Source: Halostella limicola
GTDB lineage: Archaea > Halobacteriota > Halobacteria > Halobacteriales > Natronoarchaeaceae
Direction: 5' to 3'
Length of the DNA: 64,000 nucleotides
Assembly: GCF_003675875.1 (NCBI RefSeq)
Contig: NZ_RCDI01000002.1
Coordinates: 124,786-188,785 of the forward strand
Shown here: one piece after another, positions 27,519-37,992 of the stretch
Layout of the letters: each line of letters opens with the position of its first letter
How positions within the stretch are numbered: position 1 is the stretch's first letter
The notes under the pieces: model-generated
Told to the model about the DNA's origin: nothing
Database searches by the model: none
Seen by the model: the letters and a program-made list of their open reading frames with translations, nothing else
Program-made: the position numbers and the translations under genes

Positions 27519-29332
27519 TCGTCGGTGACGGAGCGGTCCTGGTCGCGCGCGTCGGCGCTCTCCTCGACGGCGGTCGTCAGCGAGACGTTGAGCAGCAGCA
27601 TCGACGCGACCCCGCCGAGGATCGTGACCGCGTTCTTGACCGCGTGATCGACGATGGCCGCGCCGAGGGCGACGCCCCACCCGACGGGCGTCAGGCCGAC
27701 GACGAGCACGGAGAACGCGCCCTCGTACAGGCCGATGCCGCCGGGCGAGAGCGGCAGCACCTTCGCGAGGTTGCCGACGCTGACGGCGAAGAAGCCGACC
27801 GCGAGCAGCGTCGGGAGCGGGAGCGCGACGCCGTCGAACGCGACGAGAACGAGGATGGCCGTCACCACGTCCAGCCCCCAGATGAGCAGGCTGGACGCGC
27901 CGACGCGGGCGAACGCCCGGCCGTCGCTGGCCACGGTCTGAACGTCGCCGGCGAACTGCTCGACGACGCCCGCGACGTACTCGGCGTAGCTGTCCGAACT
28001 GAGGCGCGTCACGCCCTCGCGGACGAGGTTCCGGTCGGAGCGCGCCGTCGCGACGATGGCTGCGACGGCCGCGATGGCGGCGGCGCCGACCCCCGCGGCG
28101 ACGGCGACCGCCACCCGCCCGCTGTCGCGGTCGGTGCCGAGTACGGCCGACTGGAGCGCGCCGGCCTCGCCGGTGGCGACGAGGCCGAGCAGGACGGTGC
28201 CGGCCAGCGCCGTGATGGTGAGGAGGTCGAACACGCGCTCCACGGCCAGCGACGCGAACCCGGTGGGGTACGGTATCGACCGCCGGGCCTTCACCACGTA
28301 CGCGCGGACGGCGTCGCCCGCCCGCGCGGGGAAGACGAGGTTGCCGGTCTGGCTGATGAACACCGCGCCGGTGAGAAAGCCCACGCGCTCCTCGTAGCCC
28401 AGTTCCGCGAGGATGTCGCGGTAGCGCGCCCCCCGGAGCGGCCACGACAGCAGGTACACCAGCGCGGAGAGGGCGACCAGCCCCCTGTCAGCCGCCGCCA
28501 TGTGTTCGAGCACCGTCGCGGGGTCGAGGTACTGCGTCATCAGCGCGACGGCGACGAACGTCAGGAGCGTCCCGGCCGTCAGGGTGACACGGCGGTCGAT
28601 CCGCGGGGAGACGCCGACCTGCCACCAGGTGCGCAGTATCTGGCTCCCCATGCCGAACACGTCCCGGACGAGGTCGACTTTCGTGTCGCCCTTCGGCGTC
28701 CAGTCGACCGGGAACTCCCTGACGCGGTAGCCCGCCCGCTGCGCGCGGACGAGCACCTCCGTGTCCCAGAACCAGTGGTCGTCCTCCACGTCGTCGAGCA
28801 GCGTGAACAGCGCCTCGCGGTCGAACGCCTTGAATCCGCACTGGTGGTCCTGAAGGTCCGAGCGGAGAAAGAGGCGGACCAGCGAGTTGTAGCCGCGGCT
28901 CGGCACGCCCCGCCTGGCGGGGCGGTCCGCCTCGCGCCCGTCGATCCACCGCGACCCGGTCGCGACGTCGTACTCGTCCGACCGGACGCTCTCGACGAGT
29001 TCCTCCAGATGGCGCATGTCCGTCGCGAGGTCGGTGTCGAAGTACACCAGCGTCTCGCCGTTCGCCGCCTCGAACGCCCGCTCCAGCGCACCGCCGCGTC
29101 CCAGGCGCTCGTCGCTGTGGAAGTGCCGCACGCGCTCGTCCGCGGCGGCGAGCTCGTCGGCGATCGCCGGGGTCCGGTCGTCGCAGCCGTCTTCCGCCAC
29201 AATCACCTCGAACGCGCCCGCCGGGAGAAACGCCGCGAGCGACTCCAGGGTGGTCTCGACCGTGTCCCGGAGCGTCGCCTCCTCGTTGTACGCCGGGAGG
29301 ACGACGCTCACCTCGACCGCCCGTCGACTCAT
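27515..29332 (-). CDS. Glycosyltransferase family 2 fused to C-terminal multi-TM flippase-like/LPG-synthase-TM domain (AglD-like)
   Basis: The N-terminus has VVLPAYNEE, a DxD motif and Dol-P-hexose synthase-like features. The C-terminal ~330 aa contain 8 predicted TM helices. Confidence 0.8.
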   Translation of the reverse strand: MSRRAVEVSVVLPAYNEEATLRDTVETTLESLAAFLPAGAFEVIVAEDGCDDRTPAIADELAAADERVRHFHSDERLGRGGALERAFEAANGETLVYFDTDLATDMRHLEELVESVRSDEYDVATGSRWIDGREADRPARRGVPSRGYNSLVRLFLRSDLQDHQCGFKAFDREALFTLLDDVEDDHWFWDTEVLVRAQRAGYRVREFPVDWTPKGDTKVDLVRDVFGMGSQILRTWWQVGVSPRIDRRVTLTAGTLLTFVAVALMTQYLDPATVLEHMAAADRGLVALSALVYLLSWPLRGARYRDILAELGYEERVGFLTGAVFISQTGNLVFPARAGDAVRAYVVKARRSIPYPTGFASLAVERVFDLLTITALAGTVLLGLVATGEAGALQSAVLGTDRDSGRVAVAVAAGVGAAAIAAVAAIVATARSDRNLVREGVTRLSSDSYAEYVAGVVEQFAGDVQTVASDGRAFARVGASSLLIWGLDVVTAILVLVAFDGVALPLPTLLAVGFFAVSVGNLAKVLPLSPGGIGLYEGAFSVLVVGLTPVGWGVALGAAIVDHAVKNAVTILGGVASMLLLNVSLTTAVEESADARDQDRSVTDD

Positions 29333-29607
29333 TGTCAGCAGTGGTCGCCGTCCGGATAAGAACTTTCTGGAATTCCGAACGCCCGCTGGCTGCGAACCGG
29401 CGGTAAGCCGACGTTTCTATCACCTATCTGTGAATAGCCGGTCGCTTCTCGCGGCCGACCGCGGGTCAACGACTCGTTTCCCTCCCGTACCAACCGGACC
29501 TCGCGCCGCGCCCAGTATCAGGTGTGAGAAACAGAAAACCGCAAGACGGGAGCCGATTAACCGCCTGTACCAAACCCTCTAAGGATGACTCTACCATCCG
29601 GTAGTGT

Positions 29608-29847
29608 ATGAGCACCACCGCCTCCGCCGCGACCGACCTCTCCGACAAGCAAGAGCGCATCCTCCAGTACCTCCGCGAGAAGGGTCAGACGAAGACCTAC
29701 TTCAAGTCGCGGCTCATCGGCGAGGCCCTCGACATGACCGCGAAGGAGGTCGGGACCAACATGACCGCGATCCAGAACAGCGCTCACGGCGTCGACGTCG
29801 AGAAGTGGGGCTACTCATCCAGCACCACGTGGAAGGTCTCGGTCTGA
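29608..29847 (+). CDS. Small conserved haloarchaeal protein, HTH-like
   Basis: 79 aa. It has the pattern KQERILQYLRE...LIGEALDMTAKEVG. Confidence 0.5.
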   Translation: MSTTASAATDLSDKQERILQYLREKGQTKTYFKSRLIGEALDMTAKEVGTNMTAIQNSAHGVDVEKWGYSSSTTWKVSV

Positions 29848-29859
29848 ACCCCTAGCCGC

Positions 29860-30744
29860 TCACACCAACTCCCGCCACGACCGCTCCGCCGCCCACCCCA
29901 GCACCTCCCCCGCTTTCTCGTTGCTTATCAGGCTCTCGTGTCCCGACAGCGGCGACCGTCGCTCGGCGTCTGCGTACAGCCGGTCGGCCAACTCCGCGCT
30001 CGGCAGCGCCGCGGCCGTGTCGTCGGCGACAGCGAAGAACCGCTCGTGGCCGGCGAAGTCGGCCTCGACCGCGCGCCGGACCGCCCGGGCGGCGTCGTCG
30101 ATCGGGAGGTAGGCGAACAGCGTGTTCCGCGCGGTGTGGAAGGCTCCCCGCTCCCGCAGGGCGTCGAGCGAGCGGTCGGGCTCGGCGAACGTCTCCCGCA
30201 TCGCCGACTCGCTGGTCACCCAGGGAAACCGGATCGAACTGACCGTCGTCGGCGGACCGTCCGCGCGGCCGAACCCGTCGGCGACGACCTCCAGCGTCTG
30301 CTTCCCGAGGCCGTACGAGGTCGTCGGCGTGATCGGGTGCTCCTCGTCGACCGGCAGGTAGCGTACGTCGACCGGGTCCTCCTCGAACCCGGCGCCGAGG
30401 ACGCTCAGGCTGGACGCGAGGACGACCGTGTCGATCCCGAGCGAGGCGGCCGCCTCCAGCACGTGATAGGTGCTCATCGCGTTGCTCTCGAACGTGACGT
30501 ACCCCGGCGTCCGCTCGGGCGTCGGGATCATCCCGAGGTGGGCGACGGCGTCGGCGTCGCTCCGGGCGAGCGAGCCGTACGTCTCCCCGGCGTCGGTCAG
30601 GTCCGTCGTGAGGTACTCGTCGGCGGCGTCCTCGCGGCGCTTCCCGCGGTTCAGGTTGACCGTGCGGTAGCCACGACTGCCGAGGTGTTCGAGGACGGCC
30701 CGCCCGAGTTCCCCGTTTCCGCCGGTGACGGCGACGGTGTCCAT
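29860..30744 (-). CDS. NAD-dependent epimerase/dehydratase family protein
   Basis: Has the Rossmann motif VTGGNGELG and the YxxxK active site (YGLGK). Confidence 0.85.
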   Translation of the reverse strand: MDTVAVTGGNGELGRAVLEHLGSRGYRTVNLNRGKRREDAADEYLTTDLTDAGETYGSLARSDADAVAHLGMIPTPERTPGYVTFESNAMSTYHVLEAAASLGIDTVVLASSLSVLGAGFEEDPVDVRYLPVDEEHPITPTTSYGLGKQTLEVVADGFGRADGPPTTVSSIRFPWVTSESAMRETFAEPDRSLDALRERGAFHTARNTLFAYLPIDDAARAVRRAVEADFAGHERFFAVADDTAAALPSAELADRLYADAERRSPLSGHESLISNEKAGEVLGWAAERSWRELV

Positions 30745-30775
30745 ACGACGGAGTGTGCCGGCGACCCCGAAAAGC

Positions 30776-31387
30776 TCAGGGGTCGAACCGGATCAGGTCG
30801 GCCGCGTCGGCGGCGAACGCCACCGCGTCGTCGTCGAACGAGTCGGCGTACCTGACCAGCAGCGTCAGGACTGTCTCTGGGCGCTCCACGGCGTAGCCGT
30901 CCTCGCGGGAGAGCAGTCCTGCCTCGTCCAGTTCGCCGGCGTACTTGCTGACGGTCGGGCGGGAGACGCTTAGCGCGTCGGCGAGGTCGGACCCGGTAGC
31001 GTCCGGGTTCCGGAGGAGTTCGATCAGCATGCCCCGCGGCGTCTCCCGCCGGAGGTAGCCGAGGGCGACCTGCTCGAACGCGCTGAAGCGCTTCGCGGCG
31101 AAAAAGCGCCGGTAATCGCCGTCCTTCCGGCTCTCCAGCGCGCCGGCGGACTCGAGCTGACGGAGGTGGTGCTGCGTCTCGCCGGTGCCGAGCTGGAGGT
31201 CGTCGCGGATCTTCGAGAAGTGCGCGCCGGGGGTCGCCGACAGGTAGCCGGCGATGGCGTCGCGCGCGTCGCTCCCGCCGTCCTCGTCGTCGTTCTGGAA
31301 GCGGGCGAGCGGGCTCGCCGCTCCGAGCGCCGCGAAGCGGCGGAGCGTCGCGCGTTTGCTCTCGTCGACGTTTCGGGGACCGGGCAT
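30776..31387 (-). CDS. Transcriptional regulator with two winged-HTH domains
   Basis: Two HTH segments are present, one at AHFSKIRDDLQLGTGETQHHLRQLESAG and one at GSDLADALSVSRPTVSKYAGELDEAGLL. Confidence 0.65.
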   Translation of the reverse strand: MPGPRNVDESKRATLRRFAALGAASPLARFQNDDEDGGSDARDAIAGYLSATPGAHFSKIRDDLQLGTGETQHHLRQLESAGALESRKDGDYRRFFAAKRFSAFEQVALGYLRRETPRGMLIELLRNPDATGSDLADALSVSRPTVSKYAGELDEAGLLSREDGYAVERPETVLTLLVRYADSFDDDAVAFAADAADLIRFDP

Positions 31388-31426
31388 CTACCCTCCGTTC
31401 GTGGGAAGCACCTAAAACGGCTTCGC

Positions 31427-32593
31427 CTAGTCGTCGGTCGACTCGCTCTCGGTGCGTTCCTCGGGCTGGAAGTCCTTGTCCATCTCCTCGATGACCTCGT
31501 CCGGGTCGCGGATGTCGGCGGGGTCCTGGCCCTCCTTGATCGCCTGGGCCTCCTGCTCCATCGCCTCCACGTCCATCTCGGCCTCCTCGTCGATCTGGCC
31601 GAGGATCTCCTCGATGTCGTCGAGGCCGAGCATCTGGCGAGTGTCGGCGTCGAAGTCGAGGCTGTCGAGCACGTCGCCGTTCTCCTTGATGTCGCTGCCG
31701 GTGAGGTGCTTGCCGTAGCGGCCGATCATGGAGGAGAGCTCCTGAGGGAGGACGAACGTGTTGGACTCGCCGTGGCCGATCGATTCGAGCGTCTCCATCC
31801 CCTTGTCGATGACCGCGCGCTCGCCCATCGACTCGGCGGATTTCGCGCGGAGGACGGTCGAGATCGCGTCACCCTGCGCTTCGAGGATCTGGCTCTGCTT
31901 CTCACCCTGGGCGCGGATGATGTTGGACTGCTTCTCACCCTCCGCCTTCTCGACGGCGCTGCGCCGTTCACCCTGCGCTTCCAGGATCATGGCGCGGCGG
32001 CGGCGCTCCGCGGAGGTCTGTTGCTCCATCGCCTGCTGGACGTCCTTCGAGGGGTTGACCTCGCGGACCTCGACGCTCTCGACGCGGATACCCCACTCGT
32101 CGGTGGGCTCGTCGAGTTCCTTGCGGATCTTCGCGTTGATCTCCTGGCGCTTGTTCAACGTGTCGTCGAGTTCCATGTCGCCGAGCACGGCGCGGAGGGT
32201 CGTCTGGGCGAGGTTGGAGACGGCGCGTTTGTAGTCCTCGACCTCGAGGAACGCCTTCTTGGCGTCCATCACCTTGATGTAGACGACCGCGTCCGCGGTG
32301 ACGGGGGAGTTGTCGCGCGTGATGGCTTCCTGCCGGGGCACGTCCAGGGTCTGCGTCCGCATGTCGAAGACGTGCGTGTTACTGACGAACGGGGGGACGA
32401 TGTTGATACCCGGTTCGAGCAGCTTCCGGTACTCGCCGAACACCGTCAGCGCGCGCTTCTCGGTCGCGTCGACGATCTCGACCATGCTGTAGACGGTCAC
32501 GATCGCGAGCACGAGCAGCAGCAGCGCGACGACGGTCAGGCTCGGCGCGAGCTGCATGATTGTGGGTGACCACATATTCTTCTCTATGGACAC
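31427..32593 (-). CDS. SPFH/band-7 (stomatin/prohibitin-like) protein with C-terminal acidic tail
   Basis: An N-terminal TM helix is followed by an SPFH core (VPRQEAITRDNSPV...) and a coiled-coil with ERRRRA repeats. Confidence 0.9.
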   Translation of the reverse strand: MSIEKNMWSPTIMQLAPSLTVVALLLLVLAIVTVYSMVEIVDATEKRALTVFGEYRKLLEPGINIVPPFVSNTHVFDMRTQTLDVPRQEAITRDNSPVTADAVVYIKVMDAKKAFLEVEDYKRAVSNLAQTTLRAVLGDMELDDTLNKRQEINAKIRKELDEPTDEWGIRVESVEVREVNPSKDVQQAMEQQTSAERRRRAMILEAQGERRSAVEKAEGEKQSNIIRAQGEKQSQILEAQGDAISTVLRAKSAESMGERAVIDKGMETLESIGHGESNTFVLPQELSSMIGRYGKHLTGSDIKENGDVLDSLDFDADTRQMLGLDDIEEILGQIDEEAEMDVEAMEQEAQAIKEGQDPADIRDPDEVIEEMDKDFQPEERTESESTDD

Positions 32594-32636
32594 CTACGTA
32601 AAAAGAGTTCCGAGGGGGCGCGAAGGTAACCGCGGC

Positions 32637-33245
32637 TTATCCGGTGCTTTCTCGCTCGGTGTCGGTTTCGACCGCGTCGTCGGTCTCCGACGCGCCGTCG
32701 GTCCGCTCGCCGGGGTCGGAGCGCTCGCGCGCGAGTTCCCTGTCGATCTCGTCGCGGTGGTCGGTGTCTAACGACTGGACCGTGACGACGTTGCCGCCGC
32801 CGGGGTCGACGACGATCACCTCCTCGCCCTCGGCGATCTCGCCGTCGACGCTCCGGGCGCGGAAGTAGGGGTTGAAGCCGCCGTCTTCGAGCTTCACCTC
32901 GCCGCCCGACGCGGTGATGCGCTCGGTGACGCGGCCGACTGCGCCCGCGAGCGAGTCGGAGTCGCTCGTGCGTCCGGACTCCTTGCCGCCGTAGAAGTCG
33001 AACTCGCGGTAGACGTACAGCGTCACCGCGCCGACGCCGAACACGAGGCCGGCGAGCACGAGGGGAGTGGCGAACCCGCCGAGAGCGAGGCCGACGAGCC
33101 CCGCGACGAGCAGGGCGACGCCGACGACGATGAAGTGCGCGCCCGGGGCGAACGCCTCGAGGATGACGAGAAGTAACCCGCTGACAGTAAGCAGGAACGG
33201 GAGACTGAGCACGTCACCCGCGAGCTGCAGTAGCGTCGAGGCCAT
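32637..33245 (-). CDS. NfeD family membrane protein (partner of SPFH)
   Basis: An N-terminal multi-TM region is followed by a C-terminal OB-fold (VVVDPGGGNVVTVQS). It lies immediately upstream of the SPFH gene, the classic operon arrangement. Confidence 0.85.
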   Translation of the reverse strand: MASTLLQLAGDVLSLPFLLTVSGLLLVILEAFAPGAHFIVVGVALLVAGLVGLALGGFATPLVLAGLVFGVGAVTLYVYREFDFYGGKESGRTSDSDSLAGAVGRVTERITASGGEVKLEDGGFNPYFRARSVDGEIAEGEEVIVVDPGGGNVVTVQSLDTDHRDEIDRELARERSDPGERTDGASETDDAVETDTERESTG

Positions 33246-33341
33246 ACCCGGCCGTTCGGACCGGGGACGATTAACATTTTTGCAGGTGACGGGTCGGCGG
33301 ACGAACAGTACGCGCGAGCGAGACGGTCCGCGGTCCCGAGG

Positions 33342-33560
33342 TCACGCGCCGAGCGTCATCATCACGCGAACGATGATGCCCACGGTGACGAGCGCGCCGA
33401 GCAGGACGAACAGCGCGTTCTCCATCGTGGGCGACCCGGGTTCGATGGGGTCGCGGTCGTCGACCATCCCCTCCTCGTCGACCTCGTCGAGCTCGAACTT
33501 CCAGCCGTCGTCGGCGTCCTCGGGGTTGTCGGGGACGTCGCGAGCGGAGTCAGCGGGCAT
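33342..33560 (-). CDS. Small acidic protein with C-terminal TM helix
   Basis: 72 aa. The C-terminus is ALFVLLGALVTVGIIVRV. Confidence 0.4.
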   Translation of the reverse strand: MPADSARDVPDNPEDADDGWKFELDEVDEEGMVDDRDPIEPGSPTMENALFVLLGALVTVGIIVRVMMTLGA

Positions 33561-33659
33561 GACCGACCGTTGCCCCGCCGTGGTGAAAAGTCCGCGGGTC
33601 CCGCGGCGCGCGACCGCTGCGCCGGGAACGGGCGGCGGACCGTCGCGGCCGCGATCTCC

Positions 33660-35414
33660 TCAGCGCGGGCGGTCCGCCTGCGCCGACTCCACGTCGCCCT
33701 CGTAGACGACGCCGCGTTCGGCGTCGAGCGTGACGACGGTCCCGTCCACCGCGTCGAGTCGGGCGTCGCTGATCATCGGGATGCCGAGCTCGCGCGCGAC
33801 CATCGCGGGGTAGCCGGTCATCCCGGGCGCGGCGTCGACGATGCCCGCGAGCTTCGAGGCGTCACCCTCGAACTCGTCGTCGAACGACTCGTCGAGCGCC
33901 AGGATCGCGCCCTCCTCGACGTCCGAGAGGTCGCCGTCGCTGCTCTGGGCCACCGGTCCGACGACGCGGCCGCCGACGACGCTCCGACCGGTCGCCAGCG
34001 TCTCCGCGGCGACGTGGACCTTCAGCATGTTCGTCGTGCTCGCGCCCTCCAGTTCCGTCATCATCCCGGAGAGCACGACGACCGTGTCGCCGCTCTCGGC
34101 GACGCCGGCGTCGAGCGCGGCTCCGACCGCGTTCTCGACGACCGCGTCGGCGCCCTCGTCGGTGAAGGGGGCGTACTGCGCGTTGACGCCCCACGACAGC
34201 GCCAGTTGCCGGCGGACGCGGTCGTTCGGCGTCGACGCGACCACCGGGACGCCCGGGCGGAACTTCGCGGTCTTCAGGGCGGTGTACCCGGACTCGCTGG
34301 CCGCCACGATGGCGCTCGCGCCGAGGTCGCGGGCGAGGTAGCGCGCCGACCGGGCGAGCGCGTCGGTCCGGGCGTCGTCGGCCGTCGGGACGCGCTGCTC
34401 GCGGAGCTCCGCGTACTCCTCGCTGCGCTCGACCTGCCGGATGATGCGGTCCATCGCCTCGACGACGCGGACGGGGTGGTCGCCGATGGCCGTCTCGCCG
34501 GAGAGCATCACGCCGTCGGTGCCGTCGATGACCGCGTTGGCCACGTCGGAGGCCTCGGCGCGGGTCGGCCGGCGCTCGTGGACCATCGAGTCGAGCATCT
34601 CCGTCGCCGTGATCACGGGCACGCCTGCGTTCCGGCACTTCCGGATGATCCGCTTCTGGATCATCGGCACGTCCTCCATCGGGCACTCGACGCCGAGGTC
34701 GCCGCGCGCGACCATGACCCCGTAGGCGGCGTCGATGATCTCGTCGAGGTTCTCCACGGCGCCCGCCCGCTCGATCTTCGCGATGATCGGGATGTCGGCG
34801 TCGAACTCCTCCAGCACCTCGTTGACCTCGAACACGTCGTCGGCGTCGCGGACGAACGAGGCGGCGACGAAGTCGGCCCCCTTCTCGGCAGCGAGTTCGA
34901 GGTCCTTGCGGTCGTTCTCCGTGACGACGTCGAGGTTCAGGTCCACGCCGGGGATGTTCACGCCCTTGCGCCCGGCCAGGTCGCCGCCGTCCTCGACGTG
35001 CGCGACCACGGCGTCGCCCTCGGTGCGCAGGACGGTCGTCTGGATGCGCCCGTCGTCGAGCAGTATCCGGTCGCCCTCCGAGACGCCCTCGACGGGCAGG
35101 GAGAGGCCGACCTCCTCCGGCGTCGCCGTCTCCCCCTCGACGAAACGGACCTCGCTCCCCTCTTCGAGGTGGATCGACTCCTCGAGCGGCGCGGTCCGGA
35201 TCTCGGGCCCCTGCAGGTCCATCATCACCGCGAGGGGGTCCTCCGTCTCGTTGTCCACCTGTCGGACGCGGTCGATGAGGTCGGCGCGGTGCTCGCGCGA
35301 GCCGTGGCTCGCGTTCAGCCTCGCGACCGTCATACCGGCGTCCGCCAGGTCCCGGATCGCCTCCCGGGAGTCCGACGCCGGCCCCAGGGTGCAAACGATC
35401 TTCGCGTTTCTCAT
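33660..35414 (-). CDS. pykA: Pyruvate kinase with C-terminal PEP-utilising (mobile His) domain
   Basis: KIVCTLGP, NASHG and MVARGDLG motifs are present. There is a C-terminal ~100-aa PEP-utilizer-like extension. Confidence 0.95.
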   Translation of the reverse strand: MRNAKIVCTLGPASDSREAIRDLADAGMTVARLNASHGSREHRADLIDRVRQVDNETEDPLAVMMDLQGPEIRTAPLEESIHLEEGSEVRFVEGETATPEEVGLSLPVEGVSEGDRILLDDGRIQTTVLRTEGDAVVAHVEDGGDLAGRKGVNIPGVDLNLDVVTENDRKDLELAAEKGADFVAASFVRDADDVFEVNEVLEEFDADIPIIAKIERAGAVENLDEIIDAAYGVMVARGDLGVECPMEDVPMIQKRIIRKCRNAGVPVITATEMLDSMVHERRPTRAEASDVANAVIDGTDGVMLSGETAIGDHPVRVVEAMDRIIRQVERSEEYAELREQRVPTADDARTDALARSARYLARDLGASAIVAASESGYTALKTAKFRPGVPVVASTPNDRVRRQLALSWGVNAQYAPFTDEGADAVVENAVGAALDAGVAESGDTVVVLSGMMTELEGASTTNMLKVHVAAETLATGRSVVGGRVVGPVAQSSDGDLSDVEEGAILALDESFDDEFEGDASKLAGIVDAAPGMTGYPAMVARELGIPMISDARLDAVDGTVVTLDAERGVVYEGDVESAQADRPR

Positions 35415-35550
35415 GCGTCGGGCTACGCGACCGGTTTCAAAAAGTGCGGTGTTCCGGGGGCGACGGTCGTCCCGGCGGCGCGGAGTTGCCGATCGGCTGT
35501 CGCCCCGCCCTCGGGCGAACGGTTTTCCGCGTCGGCGTTGGACTCCCGCC

Positions 35551-35839
35551 CATGCCAGACTACGCAGCCCTCGTGAACGTCGGCGAGCAGAACTTCCAGA
35601 ACGCGCAGGAACTGGCCGTGCTGTGGCAGGAGATCGAAGGCGAGATCGAGGAGCACGAGTCCGAGTTGATGGAGTCGTACGCGATACTGGGCGAGTACGA
35701 CTTCCTCGTCACGTTCGAAGCCACGGACCGCGACGCCGCGTACCAGACCGCGCTCGCCCTGCAGCGTCACGGCCTCGAGGCCCAGACGATGCCGATCGAA
35801 CCGACCGAGAACTTCGCGGATCTGGTCGACGACATCTGA
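35551..35839 (+). CDS. GYD domain protein
   Basis: The GYD family pattern is present (MPDYAALVNVGEQ...GEYDFLVTFEA). Start at the internal ATG. Confidence 0.75.
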
Positions 35840-35916
35840 CGGGTCGCCGGAGGGTCCGTTCGGGTCGGCTCGGCGCCGGACCCGTTCAGGGCACTCCCCG
35901 TCTCCGAGCCCGGTAG

Positions 35917-37992
35917 CTACCGGATCTTCGTCCCCGGTTCCGCGTCCTCGTGAGTGGTGAGCAGATCGGCCTGCTCGCCCGCGGCGAGCACCATGCCGTT
36001 GCTCTCGACGCCGAACAGCTCGGCCTTCTCGAGGTTGACGAGGACGACCACCTTCGTGCCCGGCAGGTCGTCCACGTCGTGGAGCTGTTTCAGCCCGGCG
36101 ACGATCTGGCGGGTCTCGGCGCCGACGTCGACCTCCAGCCGGACGAGTTCGTCGGCCCCCTCGATGCCCTCGGCGCTCTCGATGCGGCCGACGCGCATGT
36201 CGATCGACTGGAACTCCTCAAAGCTGATGCGGTCGTCGGCGAGCGGTTCGATCTCTGCGTCCGCGTCGTCGTCGGTCATCTCGGGTTCGTCTTCCTCGTC
36301 AGCCCCCTCGTCGCTTTCGGTCGCTTCCTCGACGCGGGCTTCGAGCTTCTCGTTGAGCTCCTCGACGCGCTCGTCCTCGATCTGCTCGAACAGCTCCTCT
36401 GGCTCTTCGAAGTCGCTGGGCGGCGCTTCGAGGGCGTCCTCGACCGTGGCGTCGCCGACCTCGCCGTCCTCGCCGAGCTGCTCCCAGAGGCGCTGGGCCT
36501 TCCCGGGGGTGAACGGCTGCATCAGCACGGCGACGGCTTTGGCGATCTGGACGCAGTCGCGGATGACCTGCGCGGCGTCGTCGGGGTCCTCGTCGACCAG
36601 CTTCCAGGGCTCGTTGCGCTGGATGTACTCGTTGCCGAAGCGCGAGAGGTCGACGGCGGCCTCGCTGGCCTTCCGCGGCGAGTAGTCGTTGAGGGCCTCG
36701 CGGAACTCGTCGACGGCCTCGCGGATCCGCTCCAGAACGTCGTCGGAGGCGTCCGCGTCCGGCGTCCCCCCGTAGTTCCGGTAGGCGAACAGCATGCTCC
36801 GGTAGAGGAAGTTGCCGACGGTGCCGACGAGCTCGCCGTTGACGCGCTCCTGAAACTTCTCCCACGAGAAGTCCACGTCCTGCTGGAACCCGCCGTTCGT
36901 GGCGAGGTAGTACCGCAGGAGGTCCTCGTGGAACCCCTCGTCGAGGTACTCGCGGGCCCACACCGCGCGGTTCCGCGAGGTGGAGAAGCCCTGCCCGTTG
37001 AGCGTCATGAACCCGCTGGCCATGACGGCGCGGGGCTCGTTGTACTCCGCGACGCGGAGCATCGCGGGCCAGAAGATGGTGTGGTGCTGGATGATGTCCC
37101 GGCCGATGATGTGGACGATCTCGCCGTCGCCCTTCCACGGGTCCTCCCAGTCGTAGGCGTCCGCGCCGACGCGCTCGGAGTACTGCTTCGTCGAGGCGAC
37201 GTACTCGATGGGCGCGTCGACCCAGACGTACAGGACGAGGTCGTCCTCGCCGGGGTAGTCGATCCCCCAGTCCAGGTCGCGGGTGATACACCAGTCCTGC
37301 AGGCCGGACTCGATCCACTCGCGGGGCTGGTTCTGCGCGTTCGACGTGCCTTCGAGGCGGTCGAGGAACTCGGTGAGGTAGTCAGACAGTTCGGAGACGC
37401 GGAAGAACTTGTGCGTCCGGTCGCGGTACTCCGCGGGGTTGCCCGTGATGGTGCTGACGGGGTCCTCTATCTCGCCGGGTTCGAGGTGGCGCCCGCAGCC
37501 CTCGTCGCACTCGTCGCCGCGGGCCTGCTCGCCGCAGTAGGGGCAGGTCCCCTCGACGTAGCGGTCGGGCAGGGGCTGGTCGTCCGCGGGGTCCCAGGCG
37601 ACCTTGATCTCCTTCTCGTAGACGTACCCCTCCTCCTCCAGCTTCTGGACGATTTCGAGGGTCAGCTCCGTGTTCGTCTCGTCGTGAGTGTGGCCGTAGT
37701 TGTCGAAGTCTACGGCGAACTCGGGGAACGTCTCCTCGTACTGCTCGTGCCAGTCGAGCGCGAACTCCTCGGGGTCGACGCCCTCCTGCTCGGCCTGCAC
37801 GACGATGGGGGTGCCGTGCATGTCGGAGCCGCTGACGAACGCGGTCTCCTGACCGAGCGTCTCCAGGGCGCGTGAGAACACGTCGCCCCCGACGTAAGTC
37901 CGCAGGTGGCCGATGTGCAGGTCGCCGTTCGCGTACGGCAGGCCGCACGTCACCACCGCGGGGTCGTCCGTGGGAAAGTCCTCGTGGCTCAT
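35917..37992 (-). CDS. metG: Methionyl-tRNA synthetase with C-terminal tRNA-binding (EMAP/Trbp111-like) domain
   Basis: The HIGH motif is present (YANGDLHIGH). The Zn knuckle is CPYCG...C. The KMSKS motif is degenerate as GFSTS. C-terminal OB-fold. Start at MSHEDF. Confidence 0.95.
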   Translation of the reverse strand: MSHEDFPTDDPAVVTCGLPYANGDLHIGHLRTYVGGDVFSRALETLGQETAFVSGSDMHGTPIVVQAEQEGVDPEEFALDWHEQYEETFPEFAVDFDNYGHTHDETNTELTLEIVQKLEEEGYVYEKEIKVAWDPADDQPLPDRYVEGTCPYCGEQARGDECDEGCGRHLEPGEIEDPVSTITGNPAEYRDRTHKFFRVSELSDYLTEFLDRLEGTSNAQNQPREWIESGLQDWCITRDLDWGIDYPGEDDLVLYVWVDAPIEYVASTKQYSERVGADAYDWEDPWKGDGEIVHIIGRDIIQHHTIFWPAMLRVAEYNEPRAVMASGFMTLNGQGFSTSRNRAVWAREYLDEGFHEDLLRYYLATNGGFQQDVDFSWEKFQERVNGELVGTVGNFLYRSMLFAYRNYGGTPDADASDDVLERIREAVDEFREALNDYSPRKASEAAVDLSRFGNEYIQRNEPWKLVDEDPDDAAQVIRDCVQIAKAVAVLMQPFTPGKAQRLWEQLGEDGEVGDATVEDALEAPPSDFEEPEELFEQIEDERVEELNEKLEARVEEATESDEGADEEDEPEMTDDDADAEIEPLADDRISFEEFQSIDMRVGRIESAEGIEGADELVRLEVDVGAETRQIVAGLKQLHDVDDLPGTKVVVLVNLEKAELFGVESNGMVLAAGEQADLLTTHEDAEPGTKIR

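Noticed and set aside
29333-29607. 275-bp intergenic region with an EcoRI-site palindrome (ggaattcc); considered as a possible ncRNA locus
   Set aside because: No conserved RNA motif was recognisable. It is more simply the divergent promoter region for the GT2-flippase gene and the small HTH-like ORF.
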